Source: Felis catus (Eukaryota). From it: a stretch of 64,000 nt of DNA. The stretch is from positions 208,198,001-208,262,000 of the forward strand of contig NC_058368.1 of the NCBI RefSeq assembly GCF_018350175.1, read 5' to 3'. The position numbers were made by a program, and so were the translations under genes. Within the stretch, counting starts at the first letter, position 1; every line of letters starts with the position of its first letter. Shown piece by piece: positions 23,397 to 34,200 of this stretch. Below the pieces are notes generated by a model. That model did not search any database, had not been told where the DNA came from, and worked only from the letters and a program-made list of their open reading frames with translations.

Positions 23397-25149
23397 TTCT
23401 GCTGAGCAACTTAATACTTGTTTCCAAAACTGTCTGAAAAATAGGTAAATGAAAATGTATGAATATGAGGATTTTAGGATTTTAGTGTGTGATAAAAGAC
23501 ACGTACCACCGTTCATTTAAATTATTTATTCTGCAGCCCTTGGTAATAAGCCCCATAGGGCAGGGAGACAGACCATCTCTTTCTAGTCTTGTATGATGCA
23601 TAACATAGCATCTGTCATTATAATGAGGAGAAAAGCTCAGGAACCCAAAGAAGGGCTCTGGAGCGTCTGCTGTTCTGTGACAAAGAGCCACCCGTGCAGT
23701 TCACCGGGGCCTTAATGAGCTGGCCAGCTTAATTGACTTGACTGGGGACGTGTGTCTCCATTAGATCCTAAAAAGTACAGTCAGTCCTCGACAGTTGGTA
23801 AGCGTGTGTCCAAAGACCTTAGAGAATTTTCAAATTTACAAATACAGAGATGTTTGCGCAGACCTCTGGCTTCTCCCTAAATTATATTTCTGTTGGGAGT
23901 CAGATGATTCCTATTCATAGCCACATAACACAAGCATATCATCTTTTCCGTTTGAGAGCTTTCATTTCCCTTAATGACCTCTCCTCAGAAAGAAGCCATT
24001 TTAATTATTTAATGCCTGTCCAGCAAGTAGAGAACAACAGTGCTGGATGGAGATGCTGACCAGGCATTAGCTAGGTTACTTCCCAGAGCAGCTGCATTCC
24101 ATGGGTACCTCCCCCACATCACTGAGGTCTGCATTTCCTGAACCTTCCACTGCCTGTGAGTGAGAAAAATCCTAAACACAAAGTTCTACCAACATCCAGA
24201 GTCTAGTGAAACTTTTCTTAAATGCTCAGAAATTTTACACTTGGATCAGCTAAAATTCTAGCATACGGACTTCCATTTAGAGGCGGTGGATTCGTCACTA
24301 AAAGAAGAAAACAAAGGCAACTGGACAGGCGAGAGTACACCAGATGTGGATGTTTGGGAGCTGATGGGCGTGGGGCACATGACCCAGAGAAAAGCGGAGC
24401 TCCATGAAATCCAGGTGGACGTTCAGGCTTCAGTGAGAAATAATTTCACTCATTGTAGGGGCCAGGATTGGAGACAGATGGTTAGGATGGATATGGGCTG
24501 ACCAGTGAGGGTGATTGAAAGTCTGCAAGAAGCAGTTAGAACCCCCAAGTCCTGCACCGACTTCATGTAGTGAACATGAGTGCTCTCTCCTCTGCCTGAA
24601 GACAAGGGGTTTATTCTTTGGAGAAACTGAGCCAGAGAGGCTCCAGAGAGGGGAACGTGACAGGAAGCAGTGTCTGAAGCACCCTGCCTTCTCCTTCCTC
24701 TAATAGGAAGCTAATGGGACATCTTCAGCTAGGCCTGTTTCCTTGGACGAGATTGGAGGATCTTTCTTTGGAAAAAGTACATGGTTCCTGAGGAATGACA
24801 CAAAAGGTGCTGATAGTGGGGGGCTGTCCCAGTGAAAGGCTGGAAATTGACCTGGTCATTTCCCACCAGTGATAAGTGATGCCCGCCAACCAGTAAACGC
24901 CACCAATTCACAGTGACCTTCCAGAGGCTCACTCTTAACCATGACTAGCAGCCAGGGGTAACCAGATGGTTGAGAAAGATTCTAACATGAGGACAGAAAC
25001 CGGGAGAAATGAGAGGAAACAGGTTCAGTGTAGGGAAACAAATTTAAAACTATCCTTGTGTGGTTGAGATGCGCTGTATTTATTGAAAGGGCGTGATGTT
25101 CTAAAAAGGAACAATCAGAAGATAGGTAAGGGTTCGTCAAAATTAAAAA

Positions 25150-25700
25150 TGTGATCTAAGAAAATTTTAAAGAATTAAATAGAAGATAGAGGAAAATTGA
25201 AAATAGAGAAATTCTTCCCCAGATTAGATGAATGCAGAGGAGAAAACTTTGGAGTAAAACGATTAGGAAGTTGGAGCATCAGAGACATGCACTGCCATGC
25301 GAGAGAGAAGAGGGAAACAGAAGGAAATTACCAAAGAAGGAGCATAAGACCATTTCCCAGAAGTGAAAGACCAGGCTATATAGAGTAAAAGTACACAGAT
25401 AAATAGGAAACAAAATCTACACCAAGGTAGATCGTCATGAATTTCCAGAGCACCTGATAGATAAAGAACAAGTCCTAGAAACAGAGAAAAGTGGCTTGTG
25501 TGTGAGGCATCAGGAATGAGAGCGGCCTCGGACTTCTCAACAGTATACCGGATGCCAGAAGGTAGCACAGCTATGTGATACTGACTGAAAATCTTTCAAC
25601 CTAGAAGTCTGTACTCTGTCAATCTTCCAGCCCGTGTGAGAGCAGAACGAAGGCATTCTCAGACCTGGAGAGCTGCAGGTCTTTCCTCCCCCATGCCCCC
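25150..25700 (+). mobile_element. HAL1 / L1 ORF1-like remnant
   Basis: ggacttctcaacagtataccggatgccagaagg...tttcaacctagaagtctgtac...gtgtgagagcagaacgaaggcattctcagac resembles the HAL1/L1 ORF1 3' region. Confidence 0.6.
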
Positions 25701-26940
25701 TTGTCAGGGGGCTCTAGAAGAGCCCATCATCCTGAGGGAGCAAGGGGGGCAGGCCCGTCCAGGAGGGTGGGAGCTAGGAAAGCCTCACGTCCGGAGCAGA
25801 CACCCTGGGGAGGGGACCCCGGGGGGCATAGGGGTTTGGGGGGAGCTGGTCGTGGCACTGGGATTTTGTTGTTGGGCCACGTGAAAAATTGTGTTGAATA
25901 TTCACAGGAGGATATGGGAAGAATTAGGAATAGGTACACTAAGCAAATGAGGGCAAAAACACGCAGTTACGACAACAGTGAGACAAGAAAGGAAACATGA
26001 GCAGACCAAGCAATTTGTCTTAACAGGAATTCATGTTTCTATGATCCTAGTGATGTACACGCTGGATTTCCCAGACATTTCGATGTGTTTGTGTGAATGA
26101 CGTGGGATGAGAGGGAGAAGGGGTGTGGAGAACACCAAAGCGTCACCTTCTTTGTAGGATGTGCATACGGAAGGTCTACATCAAATTTATAAATCAAAAT
26201 CAAATCAGATTTGTAAATCAAAGCACTGCTAGTCTGAGGTTTTTTTTTTTTTTTTTCAAAATACGGAAGTAAATCCGCAAAGAGGCAGATTGTGTGGTGA
26301 TTGTCGGTGGCAGGGGAAGGTGCTGGCAGGGAGCTGCTACTTTTTGGCCGTTAGCCATTTAGTACAGTTCGGTTTTGCAAACTGTTGTCTTCCGGTATTT
26401 TGATTCAAACTTGAAAATAATGGTTTAGACAGTTCTTCATACTTCTTTTGAAATGATTCAAGACTTCCTCGCCAGTGACTCGTCCGGCAACCCTGGTGCG
26501 CTGCCTCTACCCCGGGTGGTTTGGAGCAAGTGCTCTAGCGAGGCGGGCTCTCCTCCCTCGAGCCTCTCTCTCAGCTCAGGCAGGACCAGCCCCAGGCACC
26601 GCGTCCCCCTCCCCAGCAAGTTGCGGTTGTGGTGTGGTCTCATGCCCTTAGGAAGAGAAGAGACTTCTCTTGTTTGTCGGCTATATGCTGGGATTGTCCT
26701 AGGGAATGTATGGCAACTTCACTTCCACGGGCAGAGAAACTCAAGGTCAGAGTGGTTTACGTAACAGGTCCAGATTCCACGACTACTAACTGGCAGAACT
26801 TAGCTGATTCCACAGGCCTTGGTCCTCCCGGTGACCAGCAACCAGTCACTGGAAAGGGATGTGGGTAGAACAAGAGATGAATGACCAGGTGTTTAAAATG
26901 GTGTAGAGATCAGGAATAATAATCTTCGCTTTAAAAATAG

Positions 26941-27102
26941 GTCGTTCTGACATAAAGGTTAAGAATATTACCGACCTCTCCCAGAAGACACTGAGAATTG
27001 CCGATCTTCAGGGTAAAACGAGTTACCATCTGGTCCTGCGAGCCTATACAGATGGTGGAATGGGCCCAGAGAAGAGCATGTTTGTGGTGACAAAGGAAAA
27101 TT
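26941..27102 (+). CDS. LIFR: LIFR exon 17 (162 nt), last extracellular exon
   Basis: aaaatag|GT CGT TCT GAC...GAA AAT T|gtaagt; GRSDIKVKNITDLSQKTLRIADLQGKTSYHLVLRAYTDGGMGPEKSMFVVTKEN. Confidence 0.96.
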
Positions 27103-27422
27103 GTAAGTTAATTACTGCTGTTGAGATGCTTTCCACACTTGAGCGCATAATGCTTCTAGCAAGTTTTGTCGCTGTAGGAACCCTCTTCTAAAAAATTTCA
27201 CGTGTTGCGTGTTTAAAGTGGGTAGCCAGCAGTGTTAAGAGGCCATGGGGATGGCTTCATATTTATTCTTGTCAGTTATCTGGAGCTGTTTCCTCGTGAG
27301 TACCTAAGAAATTAAGGAATTAAGGATACCTCTGAAGTCTGGAGTTCTGAATGCATGTTGAATTCAGATAATGGTGACCCACTTTATCCTTCTTTGCCCT
27401 AACCATTCTAAATGTGATTTTT

Positions 27423-27648
27423 TTTTTTAATTTTTTTTTTCAACGTTTTTTATTTTTATTTTTGGGACAGAGAGAGACAGAGCATGAACGGGGGAGGGGC
27501 AGAGAGAGAGGGAGACACAGAATCGGAAACAGGCTCCAGGCTCCGAGCCATCAGCCCAGAGCCTGACACGGGGCTCGAACTCACGGACCGCGAGATCGTG
27601 ACCTGGCCGAAGTCGGATGCTTAACCGACTGCGCCACCCAGGCGCCCC
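27423..27648 (-). mobile_element. Young SINEC_Fc-like element in LIFR intron 17
   Basis: Near-consensus; perfect TSD taaatgtgattttt (27409-27422 / 27649-27662). Confidence 0.95.
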
Positions 27649-27846
27649 TAAATGTGATTTTTAACATATCTAGAGAAGGGTGAAAGAAATATCCTTAAAA
27701 AAAAAGGAAAGCCCAGCATTCACAAATTTGAGATGGGGACTGGGGAAGATAGTTTTGACTGTCCACGGCAAAGAACTTGAGTTCGGGGCACGGCGTGTCC
27801 TGTAGCCCCGAGGTGGGCTTCACACACTGAGTAAAGCACCATGAGG

Positions 27847-28050
27847 ATACAGTTCTCAGCCAGGGGTGATTTTGCCTCCTGGGGGATACTTGGCGATGTC
27901 TGGTGACATTTTCGGATCCCAGAACTGTAGGGTGCTCCTGGGATCACATGGGTGAAGCCCAGGGATTCTGTGGAACTTCCTAGAGCATGCACGACAGCCT
28001 CCTCGCCCGCCCCACACACAGGGAAGAAGAATCGAATGGTCAGTAGCTCA
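27847..28050 (+). mobile_element. MER20-like hAT-Charlie element
   Basis: gttctcagccaggggtgattttgcctcctgggggatacttggcgatgtctggtgacatttt. Confidence 0.75.
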
Positions 28051-28255
28051 GCTGTGCTCTAAAGAATTTTAAGTATTAGTGTAAACATTATTAAAATGCC
28101 TAAAGGTCATATTTGAGTAGTTTTTCAATGTCCCTGGAGCAGTGGAATTTTTTTCCCTTTAAATAATCTATCAACTTAAATGTATCTGATAGGAATTTAT
28201 TCTATACTTCATGCTAAAAATAGTGATGTGAATATATCCAATATTCTCTTTTTAG

Positions 28256-28349
28256 CTGTGGGATTAATTATTGCCATCCTCATCCCAGTGGCGGTGGCGG
28301 TCATTGTGGGAGTGGTAACGAGCATTCTTTGCTATCGGAAACGAGAATG
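28256..28349 (+). CDS. LIFR: LIFR exon 18 (94 nt), transmembrane helix
   Basis: tttttag|CT GTG GGA TTA...GAA TG|gtaatg; SVGLIIAILIPVAVAVIVGVVTSILCYRKREW. Confidence 0.97.
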
Positions 28350-28684
28350 GTAATGGTACCCGCATTTACTCTTGCTGTTGTGTTCTTAAGAGCATGATTG
28401 TTTAGTTTATGTGTTAACGGAGAATTACTTGGCTGAAACTAGTCAGTGAAAACTGTGGATTTAGTCAGATCAATGTTGGATTTAATGGTAAGCAAGAACA
28501 TGGCATGTTATTTAAAGGTTTTTAGTCAAGTGAAAGGTAAATTTTTTCCTGCTGTATTTACTAATAATTTTAAGTAATAGCAGATATACTAAAAAATATT
28601 TACAGGCATAAATAGGGCAGTACCTCTATGCAAGATTAATGATTAGGATCACATTTGTCCTGATGACCTATTTAGAAACTACCA

Positions 28685-29150
28685 TCATTTATTCATTATT
28701 CAATAAATATGAATGACATCTCCCATGTGAAGAGTGAGACAGAGGTGAACTAAATAAGCATGATCCTTATAGACTTCTATCGTAGTAGGGAAAGGTGGAC
28801 ATTAAACACATAATCATCCAGTACATGCACGCTTACAAAGTATGAGTGGGTACTAGGAAAGTCACTGGGCACCAGGGGGGGAATAACAGGAACCACGTCA
28901 CTAGAGATGCCAACCAAGGCTTCCCTATGGGAGTTCCATTTGAGTGGAGTCCCAAAGTGTAAGCAGAGGAGAGAGTGTTCCAGGGAGAGAGAGGAGCTCC
29001 CGTGCGGGCCCAGACATTGGAAAGAGCTTGGTCATCTGGAGAAAGTGAGAGGAACTGTGTGTCTGGGTGAAGCTTGAGAGGCAGGAGGTGAGGTGAGGTG
29101 GTAAGCTGGGACTCCGTGTGAGAGAGTACATCATGGTCAACTGGCAGGCA
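28685..29150 (-). mobile_element. LINE-2 3' fragment
   Basis: cattttattcattattcaataaatatgaatgac...; agggaagttcc-type purine-rich body. Confidence 0.55.
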
Positions 29151-29388
29151 CTGTCCTGGGCTGGGCTTGGGACAGATGGCTGTGTTCAGGCATAGACAGC
29201 CCTCACTGGCATTAAAAATACCATCATTCATGACAGAGAAAAGAATGTATTCTAATAATCTCGGTTTATAAATTAGCGTAGTAATAGTTTAGAACTATAG
29301 AATACCCTGTTTCGGTAACCATATTTTCATTACCAAAAATCACATTTTAAAAATGATTTTAATACAAAAGATAACATGAGAGAGTTTA

Positions 29389-29605
29389 TTTTTTTTTATT
29401 ATTTTTTTTGACGTTTATTTATTTTTGAGACAGAGAGAGCATGAACGGGGGAGGGTCAGAGAGAGAGGGAGACACAGAATCCGAAGAGGCTCCAGGCTCT
29501 GAGCTGTCAGCACAGAGCCCGACGCGGGGCTCAAACTCACGGACCGTGAGATCATGACCTGAGCCAAAGTCGGACGCTTAACCGACTGAGCCACCCAGGC
29601 GCCCC
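29389..29605 (-). mobile_element. CAN-SINE (felid type) in LIFR intron 18
   Basis: Perfect TSD aacatgagagagttta (29373-29388 / 29606-29621). Confidence 0.95.
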
Positions 29606-30207
29606 AACATGAGAGAGTTTAAAAGCTAGAACATTTCATACTTAACATTTAACAAAGTTGTTTTGTTTTTTCCTGCAGGAATTTCAAATACTAAACTTCC
29701 TTTTAACAGCTATAAATGTAATATGGCACTGAGAAAATACCCTTTATGTTTGCATTCAGTTTTTGCTCAACATTAATAGCCTTTTCCCCTAATAGTCCAG
29801 AACCTGTTACGAGCAGTGGAGAACTGCCTGATGCAAATATGTTCCCACAGTAATGGGCCCTGCTTAATCTAGTTTGCACTGTGGACGTTTGAGTAGATGA
29901 GCAGGTCCTCTGTTTCACTTATGATTTGGGAGTACAGTCACCATTTCAATTCATTGCTTTCTATTTTCAGAAGATGCTGTCGTTCTAAAATAGAAGTACC
30001 GCTTGTCTGTTTCAAATAGGAACCTCTCAGTGCATTGTACACAAAGGTTCATGAATGATCACACTAAAAAGGATCTTGCATTTTTATCTCAGAAGTTCAC
30101 TAAAGCATCATATAAAATGTCCAAGTAAACCTAGTGATTTACTAACTTATTTGTTGTCTAATTGATCATCTCAGTTATTAAATGTACTTAATCATCTTTA
30201 TTTAAAG

Positions 30208-30286
30208 GATTAAAGAAACCTTCTACCCTGACATTCCAAATCCAGAGAATTGTAAAGCTTTACAGTTTCAGAAGAGTGTCTGTGAG
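30208..30286 (+). CDS. LIFR: LIFR exon 19 (79 nt), Box1 JAK-binding motif
   Basis: tttaaag|G ATT AAA GAA...TGT GAG|gtaacc; IKETFYPDIPNPENCKALQFQKSVCE. Confidence 0.96.
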
Positions 30287-30668
30287 GTAACCCTTTATTT
30301 TCTTACGTTTCTCTTTGAAGTACTGGCCTCCTTTTTTCAGTCTTTTGTGAAAAGCTTTTAATGTGCAAATATCATTCAACGTAAAATGTATCAAGCGAAA
30401 GAGCAGTGCTTTAACATCTGCTGAACTTCTGAAATTATTAATTTTAACTTGTTTTTACCCTGCTCTTTTTTCCATTGCTATTAATAGCAAGGAACATACT
30501 GATATGTAAAAAAGTAACTTTGTTCTAGCAGGTACCACAGAAGAGTAGAGACAAATTTGTATAAACAGCTGTGAAAAAAATCCCTCCAGCAACGCCCCTT
30601 TTTGTAGGAAGGGCATTGTGGCAGCTTTTAGTGCTATTCTTAATCATTGTTTCATAATCTATTTCTAG

Positions 30669-31292
30669 GGAAACAGCGCTCTCAAAACATTAGAAATGAA
30701 TCCTTGTACCCCAAATAATGTTGAAGTTCTGGAAACTCGATCAGCAGTTCCTAAAATAGAAGATACAGAAATAATTTCTCCCGTAGCCGAGCGCCCAGAA
30801 GAGAGCTCTGATGCGGAACCCGACAACCACGTGGTTGTGTCCTATTGTCCGCCAGTCATCGAGGAAGAAATACCGAACCCGGGAGTGGATGAAGCCGGAG
30901 GGACCTCACAAGTCATTTACATCGATGTCCAGTCCATGTACCAGCCTCAGGCAAAACCAGAAGAGGAACAAGAGAGCGACCCCGTCGGGGGGGCAGGCTA
31001 TAAGCCACAAATGCACCTCCCCATCACTTCTACTGTAGAAGACCTGGCTGCAGACGCTGACTTAGATAAAACTGCAGGTTACAGACCTCAGGCCAATGTA
31101 AATACTTGGAACTTAGTATCTCCAGACTCCCCCAGATCCACAGACAGCAACAGTGAAATTGTCTCTTTTGGAAGTCCCTGCTCCATTAACTCCCGACAAT
31201 TTTTGATTCCTCCTAAAGATGAAGACTCTCCTAAATCGAATGGAGGAGGGTGGTCCTTTACAAACTTCTTCCAGAACAAACCGAATGACTAA
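30669..31292 (+). CDS. LIFR: LIFR exon 20 coding part (624 nt incl. stop), cytoplasmic tail
   Basis: tttctag|GGA AAC AGC...AAT GAC TAA; contains YIDV (SHP2 site), YQPQ/YKPQ/YRPQ (STAT3 YXXQ), PDSP and SRQFLI motifs. Confidence 0.98.
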   Translation, partial: GNSALKTLEMNPCTPNNVEVLETRSAVPKIEDTEIISPVAERPEESSDAEPDNHVVVSYCPPVIEEEIPNPGVDEAGGTSQVIYIDVQSMYQPQAKPEEEQESDPVGGAGYKPQMHLPITSTVEDLAADADLDKTAGYRPQANVNTWNLVSPDSPRSTDSNSEIVSFGSPCSINSRQFLIPPKDEDSPKSNGGGWSFTNFFQNKPND

Positions 31293-34200
31293 CAGTGTCG
31301 CTCTGTCACTTCAGTCTGCCATCTCAGTAAGCTCTCACTGCTGGTGCTGCCGTGCCAGCACGGGGCATCTTGGAGGGATCCTGTGAAGTGTTGTTAGCAA
31401 GGTGGACCTCACTGCGCAAGTTACACTCCAAGTGTTAATGTGCTCTTAACGTAGTCTCATGGCCCAAGTAGGGTAACTCAGAAATCCAGACCATGCAACT
31501 CATTTCGGAGCTATCTGTGATTAGAGCCAAAGAATTCTCTCATGCTCCACCTTTGGGGAGCAGTTCACGGCTAATCCTGTCCCGTCCCACACATGCAAAA
31601 CAACTCCCACAGCAGCGCGTTCTGTTCTGTCAGTGGTTTTCTCATACGGATACTTTATGGAATTGCAAGCAGATTTACAGGCACAGGAGAAAAATGTCAA
31701 AGTAACAGATGATGTTTATTTGCCTGACACTTGCTCCATTTAGATGAAAACCAAGCACAGATTTCAAAATTGTTAACATCATTCTCCTCTATCCACAGCA
31801 TTTACGAAAAATTAATATAATTTTTACCGTAGCAACAGCTACTTAGTGTTTTGTTTGATAAAGTATACTGATTTCCGTGCCTACTGTATAATGGTTATCA
31901 AACAGTTTTCTCAGGGGTACAAACGTTGAAAATGAGCGTGACACTGACCAGCCCAAATGAGAATCGTGTTCTCTTGCTTTGGGAGGGTTTACAAACCTGT
32001 CCCTTATTTTGTAGCTTGCATGCTGACTTCCCTTGTTGCAGTTGGTGGCCCTAATACTTAAAACTGAAATTTCTGAGACTGCAGATCTAAGTTTTTCTAA
32101 ACATCTGTTTTTTTGCGTGTGACACGGTGCCCGTTTTGTAAACATGAGCAAATTCAGTATTACTGATAAACACACAGGATTCCAGGGGTTTCCTGTTTGA
32201 GGTGACTACTGGGCAGTCTCGCTGTGTCGGCTATTCTCGTGCAGCCCTGATCGGTGTGAGTGCCTCCTGAGAAGGCTGTGCCACGGAGCCCCACGCACCC
32301 AGGCGGTGATGACCCAGGCCATCTCGTAGCAAACGTTCCTCCTGATCAGGCATTTTGGCAGGTTCTGCCTCTGAAATGATCGTGAGTCCAGACTGTTTGA
32401 TCCAGTCCTCAAAGTTTTAAATCTAAAACTAAAAAGATAATGCTTCCTGTAGGAACAGTTACTCAAGGGCTATTTTGTATGAACTGTCACAAAGTCAGTT
32501 TGAATCCGTGGGCACGCCTGCATTAAGGGCACAGCATTTTCTTTGTGAGCTGCCCGTGATTGTGTGTCCTCTTAGCATCCTCTGCCCCCTTCGGTCTTCA
32601 TAAGTGATGTCTAGGACGAATGTGGTCAGAATGAAAAACTCAAAAGTGTATCTTCTGTTTCCCTCACCCCCACGTTGTCTTGTGTGTTTTGTCTTTTGAC
32701 AGTTAAGGCAAAGGACCTGAAAAATGGAAATCTCTGAATACATCAAAATGTGCCTGGTTTTTTCTTTTTTATCATCCGAGGTTCTGTGATGTATTTGCGT
32801 ATAATGGATCAGTTGTCTTTTTTTCTAGCTCCTAATGTTTCTTTTATAAAAACCATGTCATGGAAAAAAGCCACAGGGTGACAAGGAGCAAAATCCATTT
32901 GGGTACTCTATGAATCCTGGCTCTAATTGCTAGAGTTCAGCTAAATTCTTGAGCTTCATGTTATATGGACACGTGGGATGAACTAGAACTAATTATATAC
33001 ACACACAGTATATTAAAACCATGTCATAGCTCCTTGGGATTTTCAACAGTGAAAAATGTATCAAGCCAGGGCCATCCCTAACAGTTTTCTCTTCTTCTTT
33101 ATCTTCTTGGGCTCCTTTCCTCAGCTTACACCCCAGACACTCAGACCTGGGGCTGCCTTCGTTTCCCGCCGTGGCTGGTCATTACCGCACCCCTGCTGCC
33201 CGCAACTCATGCCTCGTTCCCCCTGAAACCAAATGGATCCTGCACTTCATCTCCTTAGGATAGCATACGTGTTGGCTAAGGTAGACATTTTTTTTGGTGT
33301 GAACTACACCTCACCGAGAATGGGAAAAGGCAGGCCAGCAGAAATTGATCTGTGTCATCAGGATATATGCATTATGCATTGCAGCCGTGGCCATGTGGAT
33401 CCGATGCCCTTTCCAGCCTATACACCGACTCATTTGTTCAGCTGATGGGGAATATCACTGGGCCCTTGAGTCCTTTCACCTTGTCCGAGACTTCGGTACT
33501 TTTCCTGCATGAAAAAGGTTCAGAGAGCTGCTCGGCTCTGCTCTCCCCTGCCTCTGGGGTTGCATACACAGTGATCGCTAGGTTAATGGGAAGCAGAGTA
33601 ACACTGTTAGTGTGGGTAGGCTCCTGATAAGTTGCCTCGTGCTTCGGAGTATGTGGTTTAGGTGTCAGGCCAAAGGTTCCTTGCCTTTTCCCACGGAATT
33701 GAAGACAGACCCACTGTGTAAATCCTAAGTTATTACCTCCCACCCACTCCCAACCCCCCAACCTGGGCATATGGGGGTGGCCTCAACATGGGGAGAGAGA
33801 GGGGAGGGGTGGAGAGAGAAGATGCCCTTTGTCACATATCCAGTTGTTTGTGGCACTGGAGACCCTGGTAAATGTGCACCGTCCGTCAATGCTGGGGCCA
33901 TGCTCCAGTGTGAAAAGCAGTTTCGTAGGGGTCCTGCTCTGTCCAGTCATGGTAGCGCCTCTGCCTCGGGCAGGGGAGACTAGAATTGTTCTCTCCAGCC
34001 CTTCCTGACTGGGAAAGTAATTGGGAAATCCCTCTTTCCTCAACTAAGGCCTAGTCATTGCTTAGAACATTCTAAATATCTGAACTACAGTTACACCCCA
34101 CCATGTCTGTTTAATAGTACTGTGTATTAGGACGCATTTTCATATCTCTTACAAGCCAGTTCACTTAGTAGCCAATTTCAGATCAAGTTTCCCTTGTGAG

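Noticed and set aside
25150..25700. Intact L1 ORF1 or domesticated retroelement gene
   Set aside because: Many stops and frameshifts; only short ORFs remain
26453..26764. CpG-containing GC-rich patch with a 103-aa ORF in LIFR intron 16 as an internal promoter or exon
   Set aside because: Too short for a CpG island; no convincing splice sites or protein similarity
1489..31292. LIFR inactivation or unusual exon structure
   Set aside because: All 14 exons have GT-AG ends, compatible phases and no premature stop; signalling motifs are intact
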